NCBI GenBank assembly: GCA_965644265.1
Contig: OZ286477.1
Coordinates: 7,378,001-7,441,528, forward strand
DNA length: 63,528 bases
From: Glycera tridactyla
Taxonomy: Eukaryota
Direction: 5' to 3'
Made by a program: the position numbers and the translations under genes. Below are positions 39,485 to 52,816 of the stretch, piece after piece. Numbering within the stretch: position 1 is the first letter of the stretch; the number at the start of each line of letters is the position of its first letter. The notes under the pieces are model-generated. The model was not told the DNA's origin. It worked only from the letters and a program-made list of their open reading frames with translations, and made no database searches.

Positions 39485-40026
39485 GGGGTGGCTATGTTTG
39501 GTGATGTGATCCCCTCGTGGCCAGGAGAGTAGATTTTTATCAGTTGGTATTTCCAGTAGGGAGGCGCTGCTATGTTTGGTGATGTGATCCCCTCGTGGCC
39601 AGGAGAGTAGATTTTTATCAGTTGGTATTTCCAGTAGGGAGGCGCTGCTATGTTTGGTGATGTGATCCCCTCGTGGCCAGGAGAGTAGATTTTTATCAGT
39701 TGGTATCTCCAGTAGGGAGGCGCTGCTATGTTTGGTGATGTGATCCCCCTAGTGACGAGGAGAGTTGTTTTTCTATCTATTGGTATATTCAGTAGCGAGG
39801 CGCTGCTATGCTTAGTGATGTGTTCCCCCTAGTGACCAGGAGAGTTGTTTTTTCATCTATTGGTATATCCAGTAGCGAGGCGCTGTTATGCTTAGTGATT
39901 TGTTCCCCTAGTGACCAGGAGAGTTGTTTTTTTTCATCTATTGGTAAATCAAGTAGCGAGGCGCTGCTATGCTTAGTGATGTGTTCCCCCTAGTGACCAG
40001 GAGAGTTGTTTTTTTATCTATTGGTA
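39485..40026. repeat. 78/79-bp satellite, left of the LTR insertion
   Basis: Unit CCAGTAGGGAGGCGCTGCTATGTTTGGTGATGTGATCCCCTCGTGGCCAGGAGAGTAGATTTTTATCAGTTGGTATTT; period 78 (39553 to 39631). Confidence 0.95.
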
Positions 40027-43000
40027 TGTAACGCCACGTTTTTGAACATGTGACGTTTGTTAGAATAACATGAACAATATAGGGATTTCTGGTAGCGGAA
40101 TTCGCGGAATTCCTCTTTTGAGGCCCGCGGCACTAGTTTAACGCTACTAGATTGATATTTATTCCTTCCTAATCCAGAAGCATGAGATAGTTTCACTTCT
40201 ATTAGTTGAAAAACAGTGGCAATCCTGTTAGTTTTCTAATATTAGTGGTTTCACCTATCTGGTTGTTGGTGTGGCAACTAGAGTTTGAGTTACACGCAGT
40301 GGACTCGCCGTTCGCGGCGGGTGCCCAGCTTGCAGTGTTTCTAGGGTGAAACAGTAAAAATGCGATATCTCCATGAATAATGGACGTAGGAAGACCATAT
40401 TTTTACACGATATGTATCTGTATTAGGGCTGAAGATATCCTGAAGATGGGAATTGTATCTTCTGAGGCAAAATTGTTAGTCCGTGGGATAGGCCGTTTAT
40501 CGGACGGTTTTTGCCAACAGCGTTGATCACATAGCATAGTGAACGACTCCCTGAGCAGGAGGAGCTCGGAGTCGCGCAGGAGGAAAGTGATCTGCAATGT
40601 ACATGCAATGTACATGTTTTCTCAGAAAATCTTCTGTAATCGATCTAGAAAAGTCTCGAGCGAATACATTCGAGGTAGCTGACTTGGGGAACTTGACATC
40701 GCTTCTCCCGCTCTTTTTTCCCGCTCTTTGCTGGCTCTTCAGGACGGATACATAAAAGTGTTCCAGACAGGAGTTCTGGCACTTGGAAATTCTGTCCTGA
40801 AGAGTACGCACCGGAGCTGAAGGAGTCGGGAGTTGAGAACATCTAGCTTCTCCAAGATCGCTGCCTTGGACTAAAACCGATGGACTCCAATACACCGCCT
40901 TGAGCTCAACTACATCCAGTAAGTGTTCATGAGATTTAGAAATGTTTTAGGATCCATTTAGGAGGCTTTATTAGGAGTCATTTGCCCCATTTGCCCAAAT
41001 GGCCATTTTTAGTATCATGCCATTTCATGTCATCGGATCTTCCGTGTTTTGTATTGAATGTACCGTCTTTCGAGCATACGTGGTCAAAATCTAGAATTTG
41101 CATGTTTTTGGATGATTTTGGATCATTTTGGATGATAGGATTTTGTTCCATAAATGCCGTCCTGATCCAAACAAGTAATTATTAATTCTCGCGGATATTG
41201 GTAGTTCTATCTGTTTCTGTTGATTCCCTGTGCTGTTCCGGTGAATTTGGAACAAGTGGAACTGCGTGGAACTATGCCGTGTTCCCCCAGCATTGTTCCC
41301 GGTGCAGTACGCCTGTATGGGTGGAACGGGGCTATGCAGGAATTTGTAATATAGTATTTAACGCTTGGACTCACTGAATCCTCCGGGTGAGAGAAGCTGT
41401 GTGTATGAACTGCTAACACGTCTCAATATAGCTCTTACCGATCAGATTCTGATCATTTGTGTAATATTTCGGATTTCTGTGTGAATTAGATGATTGAATC
41501 ATTCAAAATTCAATTATATTCACGGGATTTCCCTATAGGAATAAAATTGTGAAAGGAATATTTCTGTAAGATCATTTTCAGTTGAAATATCAGCAGAGAC
41601 GACTGTGTCTTTTCTCTCTGAATCTGTGTGTTTTTAGACCCGGCTACTCTTCCAGTCCATGTGGGCTGAGTTGAAATGAACATGCCTATCTCGGTATGAC
41701 AATGGCAGCTCGCTGTCATGTGTACTAACCAGGTCACCGCTCAGGTGAACTCTGCTGCTGGTTTCGTAAATAGCACACACAGCTGATCTGTTTTCTTTAG
41801 CTTCCCTGATCATATGAATAGAGATCCAGTCAATCTTTTCTTTTCCGAGTGAAATTCTTTATTGAAAAACGTATTTTCATTGAAACGGCTTGTTTTGAGA
41901 AGGTAATAATCTAACGTCGTTCATATGGTGTGAAAATCTGGAATTCTTCGACGGTTAACCGATCGATTAATCGATTAATCGACCGATCAAATATGCTTCA
42001 ATTTCAGTATTCTGAATTTATTTCGGCTTGCAAAAAGCTTGTTTATAAACGATCAAGTGCTAGTTTGATGGTATTTCAATTTCCATGACCACAACTGTCG
42101 TATTTGTCAATTGAAGATCCGGTGGAATGTTTTTGGTGCTCGTACTTGTAATAGACATGTAGGGGAGACGACAAACCGAGACTTGTTTTGTTTACACGTA
42201 GTGCCTGCTTGTGATTCATGTGCCCGGCCTGAATTTAGACTTTTTCAGAGAAGGTCCACTCTGATAAGCTTGATTTCTGTCCTAAGCGCCGTATATCCTA
42301 AGCACGGACCCGTCCTAAGCTTGCTTAGTCTTGTGTAATGTCCCTGAGTCCCGTGACCTACTTTTTGAGTGAAACCTCCGTATTGAGACCAACCTGTCAC
42401 ATGTGACCACCTTGAGATTTTTGGTCTATATGATCTGCGACATCACGTTGGACTGTATTTTCGAAGGAAAATTCTTTTGAATTGATTTTAGACCTTCAAA
42501 ATGCTGCATTTGTAATTGTTTAGCTCTCGTAATGAATAAGCTGCAATGCGCTGTCATTTGAGCTCCGAGATACTTTCTGAGCGTTCTGGAATGAACAGCT
42601 GTTTCTGACTGATCGGTCAGATGTAAACAATCCGCCATTTTGGATTTCCATCCGCCACATGTATGAGCCTCACTTTGAGCTTCCGATCCACTTTACACTT
42701 TTCAACAAGTTTGAAACTTTTTCACTTTTTGATAAAAGCTTTTAGAAGCTTTAGAATTGATCGGAATTGTTTCTCGTTATGTGCGGATCGCTTTTATAGA
42801 ACTTCAGTGTGCTGGCTTTAGCGCTATTTGTGATTTGACAGCGCGAACTTAGCGCGTTGACTGAAACTTAGCACGGTGCTTACCGGACTTACTCATGGTC
42901 TTACCTAGTAAGCACATTTGTGTTTGAGGTTTGTGACATATGGGACTGCATGTAAATGCATTTCGCTCTTATATTTCTGGAATTACATGACTAATTTCGA

Positions 43001-45198
43001 CTTTAGACATTACCAAATGGCTTGAAATGAGTTGAAATTGGGATTTGGTGAATTTTAGAATTCGAACTTAGCACTGACTTGGTAGATCGGAACTTAGACC
43101 CCGCTGCTGTTGCAGCTGTGACTTAGTTCGTTCCGGTCTATGTTAGGTAGGTCATACTCACAGTGTAAGGGAGGGGGAACTTGGGTTGATTTCAGATCTT
43201 GCCTCTTGCTTCGGTGAGTGGTGACTTTATCTGATACTGTCTACAAAGACCACCTGTTCTGAATAGATTGATTTCTCTATCTTGGATTCTTAACTTAGAA
43301 TTTATTCAAATTTTTGAATTTGATTTGATGAGGACTTGACTATTTTTGATTTTGAAAAGCGTGCTTGCTCTTTTCATGCAGACAGTTGGACTTCAACTTT
43401 TTCGCTGTATTGCTGCTGCATCATGATCCCAGCTGACTGAGAGAGGACTTGGTGTGTGCACCTTTCTAGTTCATTTCCCGTGAACTTAGCTCTCTCTGAT
43501 ACAGCTGATGATTTTTTAATGCCTTGTTCATTGATAGATTAACTTAGTTGGCTCAGTGCCTGCTCCGTTGATAATGGCTTAAGTGCATTGAGATTTCTTT
43601 TCAACGGTGATACTTGCTGATTGTCTTTTGACAATCTCTTCAACTGAATGTTGAAATATTTCTAGTAACTTGATCAATGGTAACTTGTAAGTTAAATTCT
43701 TATGCTATTTAGTTAGTGGGGAATAGAGTGGGATCCTGCCTTCCCACTATAATAGATCTGGCAACTGCAAGTAACTAAGTGCACGCAACAAACATAAATA
43801 AAAACTTAGAGTTGTTTAAAGATACTTTTTGAATTAAAACTTTTCTTTATGATACTTGGACAAGTTTGTAGGAGACTTTTTTTTATCTTCTTGCAGCGAC
43901 CAACGCGTCTGAGATGTTGTGAATTGAAGAGGTGCGTACTCTTCAGACCACTCCATTCCCACGTCGCCTCCCGGGCTTATGGGATTCTACTAATATAGGC
44001 GGATATGCCTAGCCGTCGTCTACATATTCTTTAGTGTGTTAAACGCACTATACACATGTGAGATGTGTAGGACATAATCTCTTCATACGGTGAGATGCTG
44101 TTAGCTATCTTTACGAGATAAGCTACTTCACTCGAGAGGAATGATGTCTCCTCTTTACTTCTACTTCCATCTACGATACGCGTTCTAGTATCAGCTACCA
44201 TCAGTCTCTAGCTGATATGGATATATAACCAAAGTTCGTCATCACATGTGCAACTAGGTGGCCACCACTATATTAACTTTTAAAGTCGATCTTGCATCGT
44301 GGGTCTTTAACCCAAAACTTTTAAAGTCATATATCTAAAGTGCACTAACTATCTAGACACAGTGTCTTTGACTTTGTTTATATTTCTAGCTAGCTGCAGT
44401 GGCCACTTCTCAAGCGCCCAAGTCAACGATGGAACAAGAAAGAAGATAGTACTATAATAAGGTTTGAGCTCAAGCTTGTGACTATTTGAGTGTGTACTTG
44501 TATAACTCAATGAGGTACCTCACTTTGTCATTCTGCCATGAATATCCTGTGTACGTGTATGTCGTGAGTTGTATAAATCTGATATATCACTGGTATTTGT
44601 GTACCACGAGTTCATCCATACTTGTCATATATGTATATGATTTAGATCTGAATATTTGAAATGAATTTATTTATTGCATCATGAGTATAACTGACTTTTT
44701 GTCTACTTGATACTGTGATAATCTATATTGCTTCATTCAATTTATGATCTATCATTTACAACCTACCTACTATGTGAACTTTATACAAATTAAAATATGT
44801 ATCTACAACTCTATTTATGTGTCATCTTATACTTTTGAACCAACAATTGAGTTCCCTGTGTGATAGATGAGATGTCTTTATAGATTTATGGTTTCATTAG
44901 AGCTGGCAAACAATGGGATTCAACATGTAATACTGATCGCGCTTATAACATCTTATAGTACAACGTATATATTTTTGTGAACATCGATCCACAGGAGCAA
45001 TGCCATTTATTTTGACATTGGGATAAATGGGGTAAAAGCCCGGTTAACCTATACATTGCTTCCTGCTGTTCTTGATAATGGTAATTTAATCAGATATAAA
45101 CTTCTTGCCAAGGTTGCATCTTAAGGAAGAGGAGGGAATACTCCTACAAGCCTGTCGGATGACTGGTTCAATTCCATTGTCATATTGGAAGGATTACA
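40027..45198 (+). repeat. 5' LTR (5172 bp, TG...CA)
   Basis: Starts TGTAACGCC, ends GGATTACA, immediately followed by the PBS. Confidence 0.93.
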
Positions 45199-45200
45199 CA

Positions 45201-45210
45201 TGGGGGCTCG
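45201..45210 (+). promoter_or_regulatory. Primer-binding site complementary to the tRNA-Pro 3' end
   Basis: TGGGGGCTCG, 2 nt after the LTR end; matches the first 10 nt of the canonical tRNA-Pro PBS TGGGGGCTCGTCCGGGAT. Confidence 0.8.
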
Positions 45211-45229
45211 CCTTTTATACATGTACTGA

Positions 45230-47376
45230 ATCACGAGATTCAAGTCTGAGTCCTTGAGTTGTTCATTTCTCCAGTCAAAAGACTGGGAGTCACTTGAGAC
45301 ACCAGATCAAGTGGTTGAACACTCTTCAGAGCTGTCCTCTGAAACCACTCCATTGATCGAGAATGTAAATGTAGGTAGTTTAGACGCGTCAGTTTTCGGT
45401 GTCTCAAGTGACTCCCAGTCTTTTGACTGGAGAAATGAACAACTCAAGGACTCAGACTTGAATCTCGTGATTCAGTACATGTATAAAAGGCGACCTTGTA
45501 AGCCCAAAGACTTTCCTAAAAAATATAGGAAGCTTTTCTACTTCCGAGATAGGTTAGTTTTTAATTCCGAAGGGGTATTGTGCAAGAGAACTGAAATTGA
45601 AGGGTTTGAATATCTTTTAATTTTGTTGCCCCACAAGTGTTTGCCCAAAGTTTTACATGCTCTGCATGATGAGTCAGGCCATTTTGGAGTAGAGAGGGTA
45701 GTCAAATTCTTCCAGAGAAGATTTTATCTTTCTGGACATGTTAAAGCTATCACAGAATATATCTCTGCTTGCAAAGAGTGTCTATTGAAAAAGACTTCTC
45801 CCTCTAAACAAGGCATGTTAGGTGAAGTTGCAGCTCAGCGACCTTTCCAAGTCCTATCCATGGATTATCTATCCTTGGATATGGATAAGCATGGATTTGG
45901 CCATGTGTTGGTTGTAACCGATGTGTTTAGCAAATATGCTTTTGCTATACCCACCAAGAATGAGACCGCCACCACGGTCGCTAAGGCTCTAGTTGAGAAA
46001 GTTTTTGACATTTTTGGATTGCCTGAAAAGCTCTTATCTGACAGAGGCAGAAATTTTGAATCACAAGTGATTGACCAACTTTGTCAGTTACTTGGTATCA
46101 AGAAGGTGTTTACTTGCCCATATTCACCTAGGAGTGATGCCATATGTGAGAGATTCAATCGTACCTTGATTGACATGATTGGCACAATGTCCACACAGAA
46201 AATTTGCTCTTGGAGTAAATATTTAGGGCATTTGACCAACATTTATAATAGCTCAATCCACTCCTCCACCAAGTTCTCACCTTTCAACTTATATTTGGAA
46301 GGAAGAGTCGTTTACCAGTAGATGTCATGTTAGGGACTTATCCTGAGGATAGGAAATATGACAGTCTCAAACAGTACGTAGAAGCTTTGAAGTCTAGGTT
46401 GGAATTTGTTCAAACCATAGCTAGCCAGAGTCAGGACTTTTCTCACATGTCTAACAAGTATAGATATGATGAGAAGGTTAAGTCATGCATACTCAAAGTT
46501 GGTGACAAAGTTCTCGTCAAGAACGTTGGTATCAAAGGGATGCATAAGCTAGCCCCAACCTGGTTGCCCGAAGTTTATGAAATCGTAAGATTGGTAGATA
46601 ACGAGAACAGGGTGTACGAGCTAAAGAATTTGTCTAGACCAAGGAAACCTCACAGAGTTTTACATATTGATATGTTAAAATCTATTGAAGATTTTGATAG
46701 GAAATATTTGAAAACTCATGTGGTTCTAGATGAAAAGGGTATAAGTGAGGATATAGTTCAGCTCTTTGCTGAAGACACGGTGAGTAAAGATGCTGGTACA
46801 GTTATACAACCTGGCCAGAAATCTCGATACCGAACCCGTGCTTCAGAACAAAAGGGTCAATTGGAAGATAGCTCTGAAAGCTGTGATTCTGATTCATTTG
46901 AGGACGAAGAATATGTAGTGGTAACAACCCCATCTGCTAGTGATTTGTCTCCAACAGCTCAAATTGAATCTGATCATCCTGAACATGCTGAACAAGGACA
47001 AATTCAGCCAAATGTAGACCAACATTTAGGTGAGGATTTAGAGTCCACCCCAGCTAGATCTCAGTCAGAATCCAGTGTTGTGGAAGCTGGAGTTGATATT
47101 GAAGAGGCCCAAAATCCTCTTATTGAGAATTCTGATGAGATTGATGCTCATGACGAAGATACTGAGTCTGATCTGAATCCTGACACAGAATATCATTCTG
47201 CGTCAGATTCACCATTGTCTGAAGAGACTGAAGTAGTGAGTGCTTCACCACCAGGAATTGCCCGTAGAAAACCGGAAAGGGTGAGAAAACCTCCAGATAG
47301 ATGCGGTGGATATATCTCCTGGCTGTTGAAAGGAGACAGACAAACTAGATCAGCGGGACCTATTTTGGAGGTTTAG
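45230..47376 (+). CDS. Gypsy-type integrase with acidic C-terminal extension (one 1-bp frameshift at ~46294)
   Basis: HHCC finger HDESGHFG...CKEC; DD35E core MDYL, SDRGRNF, CERFNRTL. Frame-corrected FGRKSRLPVDVMLG joins ORFs 45254..46321 and 46327..47376; ends RKPERVRKPPDR. Confidence 0.88.
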
Positions 47377-47646
47377 GATCCTTTGCTTCTCATGGAATTG
47401 TAGATAAGATTTCCACCCTGGTCTCCAGTAGATCTAAAACTCTGCTTGGGAAAGGACCTTGAATTATAGTTAACATTATTTTTGAAGATAAATTTTTAGA
47501 TGGTAAGATTTATTTTTGAGAATAGGGTTGTGTTCCATATATTGTTCTTGTTATAGTTATAGGCAATAAGTGTGGGACACATAATTTTGTCTTGTTCTTT
47601 TTCGCAATGTTTGGTTGCAGCACAAACATTTATACCCCCGGGAGCA

Positions 47647-50600
47647 TGTAACGCCACGTTTTTGAACATGTGACGTTTGTTAGAATAACATGAACAATAT
47701 AGGGATTTCTGGTAGCGGAATTCGCGGAATTCCTCTTTTGAGGCCCGCGGCACTAGTTTAACGCTACTAGATTGATATTTATTCCTTCCTAATCCAGAAG
47801 CATGAGATAGTTTCACTTCTATTAGTTGAAAAACAGTGGCAATCCTGTTAGTTTTCTAATATTAGTGGTTTCACCTATCTGGTTGTTGGTGTGGCAACTA
47901 GAGTTTGAGTTACACGCAGTGGACTCGCCGTTCGCGGCGTGTGCCCAGCTTGCAGTGTTTCTAGGGTGAAACAGTAAAAATGCGATATCTCCATGAATAA
48001 TGGACGTAGGAAGACCATATTTTCACACGATATGTATCTGTATTAGGGCTAAAGATATCCCGAAGATGGGAATTGTATCTTTTGAGGCAAAATTGTTAGT
48101 CCGTGGGATAGGCCGTTTATCGGACGGTTTTTGCCAACAGCGTTGATCACATAGCATAGTGAACGACTCCCTGAGCAGGAGGAGCTCGGAGTCGCGCAGG
48201 AGGAAAGTGATCTGCAATGTACATGCAATGTACATGTTTTCTCAGAAAATCTTCTGTAATCGATCTAGAAAAGTCTCGAGCGAATACATTCGAGGTAGCT
48301 GACTTGGGGAACTTGACATCGCTTCTCCCGCTCTTTTTTCCCGCTCTTTGCTGGCTCTTCAGGACAGATACATAAAAGTGTTCCAGACAGGAGTTCTGGC
48401 ACTTGGAAATTCTGTCCTGAAGAGTACGCACAGGGGCTGAAGGAGTCGGGAGTTGAGAACATCTAGCTTCTCCAAGATCGCTGCCTTGGACTAAAACCGA
48501 TGGACTCCAATACACCGCCTTGAGCTCAACTACATCCAGTGAGTGTTCATGAGATTTAGAAATGTTTTAGGATCCATTTAGGAGGCTTTATTAGGAGTCA
48601 TTTGCCCCATTTGCCCAAATGGCCATTTTTAGTATCATGCCATTTCATGTCATCGGATCTTCCGTGTTTTGTATTGAATGTACCGTCTTTCGAGCATACG
48701 TGGTCAAAATCTAGAATTTGCATGTTTTTGGATGATTTTGGATCATTTTGGATGATAGGATTTTGTTCCATAAATGCCGTCCTGATCCAAACAAGTAATT
48801 ATTAATTCTCGCGGATATTGGTAGTTCTATCTGTTTCTGTTAATTCCCTGTGCTGTTCCGGTGAATTTGGAACAAGTGGAACTGCGTGGAACTATGCCGT
48901 GTTCCCCCAGCATTGTTCCCGGTGCAGTACGCCTGTATGGGTGGAACGGGGCTATGCAGGAATTTGTAATATAGTATTTAACACTTGGACTCACTGAATC
49001 CTCCGGGTGACAGAAGCTGTGTGTATGAACTGCTAACACGTCTCAATATAGCTCTTACCGATCAGATTCTGATCATTTGTGTAATATTTCGGATTTCTGT
49101 GTGAATTAGATGATTGAATCATTCAAAATTCAATTATATTCACGGGATTTCCCTATAGGAATAAAATTGTGAAAGGAATATTTCTGTAAGATCATTTTCA
49201 GTTGAAATATCAGCAGAGACGACTGTGTCTTTTCTCTCTGAATCTGTGTGTTTTTAGACCCGACTACTCTACCAGTCCATGTGGGCTGAGTTGAAATGAA
49301 CATGCCTATCTCGGTATGACAATGGCAGCTCGCTGTCATGTGTACTAACCAGGTCACCGCTCAGGTGAACTCTGCTGCTGGTTTCGTAAATAGCACACAC
49401 AGCTGATCTGTTTTCTTTAGCTTCCCTGATCATATGAATAGAGATCCAGTCAATCTTTTCTTTTCCGAGTGAAATTCTTTATTGAAAAACGTATTTTCAT
49501 TGAAACGGCTTGTTTTGAGAAGGTAATAATCTAACGTCGTTCATATGGTGTGAAAATCTGGAATTCTTTGACGGTTAACCGATCGATTAATCGATTAATC
49601 GACCGATCAAATATGCTTCAATTTCAGTATTCTGAATTTATTTCGGCTTGCAAAAAGCTTGTTTATAAACGATCAAGTGCTAGTTTGATGGTATTTCAAT
49701 TTCCATGACCACAACTGTCGTATTTGTCAATTGAAGATCCGGTGGAATGTTTTTGGTGCTCGTACTTGTAATAGACATGTAGGGGAGACGACAAACCGAG
49801 ACTTGTTTTGTTTACACGTAGTGCCTGCTTGTGATTCATGTGCCCGGCCTGAATTTAGACTTTTTCAGAGAAGGTCCACTCTGATAAGCTTGATTTCTGT
49901 CCTAAGCGCCGTATATCCTAAGCACGGACCCGTCCTAAGCTTGCTTAGTCTTGTGTAATGTCCCTGAGTCCCGTGACCTACTTTTTGAGTGAAACCTCCG
50001 TATTGAGACCAACCTGTCACATGTGACCACCTTGAGATTTTTGGTCTATATGATCTGCGACATCACGTTGGACTGTATTTTCGAAGGAAAATTCTTTTGA
50101 ATTGATTTTAGACCTTCAAAATGCTGCATTTGTAATTGTTTAGCTCTCGTAATGAATAAGCTGCAATGCGCTGTCATTTGAGCTCCGAGATACTTTCTGA
50201 GCGTTCTGGAATGAACAGCTGTTTCTGACTGATCGGTCAGATGTAAACAATCCGCCATTTTGGATTTCCATCCGCCACATGTATGAGCCTCACTTTGAGC
50301 TTCCGATCCACTTTACACTTTTCAACAAGTTTGAAACTTTTTCACTTTTTGATAAAAGCTTTTAGAAGCTTTAGAATTGATCGGAATTGTTTCTCGTTAT
50401 GTGCGGATCGCTTTTATAGAACTTCAGTGTGCTGGCTTTAGCGCTATTTGTGATTTGACAGCGTGAACTTAGCGCGTTGACTGGAACTTAGCACGGTGCT
50501 TACCGGACTTACTCATGGTCTTACCTAGTAAGCACATTTGTGTTTGAGGTTTGTGACATATGGGACTGCATGTAAATGCATTTCGCTCTTATATTTCTGG

Positions 50601-52816
50601 AATTACATGACTAATTTCGACTTTAGACATTACCAAATGGCTTGAAATGAGTTGAAATTGGGATTTGGTGAATTTTAGAATTCGAACTTAGCACGGACTT
50701 GGTAGATCAGATTAGACCCCGCTGCTGTTGCAGCTGTGACTTAGTTCGTTCCGGTCTATGTTAGGTAGGTCATACTCACAGTGTAAGGGAGGGGGAACTT
50801 GGGTTGATTTCAGATCTTGCCTCTTGCTTCGGTGAGTGGTGACTTTATCTGATACTGTCTACAAAGACCACCTGTTCTGAATAGATTGATTTCTCTATCT
50901 TGGATTCTTAACTTAGAATTTATTCAAATTTTTGAATTTGATTTGATGAGGACTTAACTATTTTTGATTTTGAAAAGCGTGCTTGCTCTTTTCATGCAGA
51001 CAGTTGGACTTCAACTTTTTCGCTGTATTGCTGCTGCATCATGATCCCAGCTGACTGAGAGAGGACTTGGTGTGTGCACCTTTCTAGTTCATTTCCCATG
51101 AACTTAGCTCTCTCTGATACAGCTGATGATTTTTTAATGCCTTGTTCATTGATAGATTACCTTAGTTGGCTCAGTGCCTGCTCCGTTGATAATGGCTTAA
51201 GTGCATTGAGATTTCTTTTCAACGGTGATACTTGCTGATTGTCTTTTGACAATCTCTTCAACTGAATGTTGAAATATTTCTAGTAACTTGATCAATGGTA
51301 ACTTGTAAGTTAAATTCTTATGCTATTTAGTTAGTGGGGAATAGAGTGGGATCCTGCCTTCCCACTATAATAGATCTGGCAACTGCAAGTAACTAAGTGC
51401 ACGCAACAAACATAAATAAAAACTTAGAGTTGTTTAAAGATACTTTTTGAATTAAAACTTTTCTTTATGATACTTGGACAAGTTGGTAGGAGACTTTTTT
51501 TTATCTTCTTGCAGCGACCAACGCGTCTGAGATGTCGTAAATTGAAGAGGTGCGTACTCTTCAGACCACTCCATTCCCACGTCGCCTCCCGGGCTTATGG
51601 GATTCTGCTAATATAGGCGGATATGCCTAGCCGTCGTCTACATATTCTTTAGTGTGTTAAACGCACTATACACATGTGAGATGTGTAGGACATAATCTCT
51701 TCATACGGTGAGATGCTGTTAGCTATCTTTACGAGATAAGCTACTTCACTCGAGAGGAATGATGTCTCCTCTTTACTTCTACTTCCATCTACGATACGCG
51801 TTCTAGTATCAGCTACCATCAGTCTCTAGCTGATATGGATATATAACCAAAGTTCGTCATCACATGTGCAACTAGGTGGCCACCACTATATTAACTTTTA
51901 AAGTCGATCTTGCATCGTGGGTCTTTAACCCAAAACTTTTAAAGTCATATATCTAAAGTGCACTAACTATCTAGACACAGTGTCTTTGACTTTGTTTATA
52001 TTTCTAGCTAGCTGCAGTGGCCACTTCTCAAGCGCCCAAGTCAACGATGGAACAAGAAAGAAGATAGTACTATAATAAGGTTTGAGCTCAAGCTTGTGAC
52101 TATTTGAGTGTGTACTTGTATAACTCAATGAGGTACCTCACTTTGTCATTCTGCCATGAATATCCTGTGTACGTGTATGTCGTGAGTTGTATAAATCTGA
52201 TATATCACTGGTATTTGTGTACCACGAGTTCATCCATACTTGTCATATATGTATATGATTCAGATCTGAATATTTGAAATGAATTTATTTATTGCATCAT
52301 GAGTATAACTGACTTTTTGTCTACTTGATACTGTGATAATCTATATTGCTTCATTCAATTTATGATCTATCATTTACAACCTACCTACTATGTGAACTTT
52401 ATACAAATTAAAATATGTATCTACAACTCTATTTATGTGTCATCTTATACTTTTGAACCAACAATTGAGTTCCCTGTGTGATAGATGAGATGTCTTTATA
52501 GATTTATGGTTTCATTAGAGCTGGCAAACAATGGGATTCAACATGTAATACTGATCGCGCTTATAACATCTTTTAGTACAACGTATATATTTTTGTGAAC
52601 ATCGATCCACAGGAGCAATGCCATTTATTTTGACATTGGGATAAATGGGGTAAAAGCCCGGTTAACCTATACATTGCTTCCTGCTGTTCTTGATAATGGT
52701 AATTTAATCAGATATAAACTTCTTGCCAAGGTTGCATCTTAAGGAAGAGGAGGGAATACTCCTACAAGCCTGTCGGATGACTGGTTCAATTCCATTGTCA
52801 TATTGGAAGGATTAAA
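47647..52816 (+). repeat. 3' LTR (5170 bp)
   Basis: Copy of 40027-45198 with roughly 30 differences counted by eye, including a 2-bp indel; terminal CA changed to AA. Confidence 0.93.

Larger units (their letters stand above)
40027..52816 (+). mobile_element. Non-autonomous Ty3/Gypsy-type LTR retrotransposon with ~5.17-kb LTRs and integrase-only interior
   Basis: Two near-identical direct repeats starting TGTAAC; GGTA target duplication (40023-26, 52817-20); PBS; Gypsy-like integrase; no gag/PR/RT/RH. Confidence 0.92.

Noticed and set aside
40403-42638. Short ORFs inside the LTRs (60-122 aa, duplicated at 48023-50258)
   Set aside because: No recognisable domain; they are duplicated only because the LTR is, and stops occur in all frames.
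40027-52816. 5-kb direct repeat as a mis-assembly or segmental duplication
   Set aside because: TG start, TSD, PBS, integrase interior and ~30 scattered differences all fit true LTRs.
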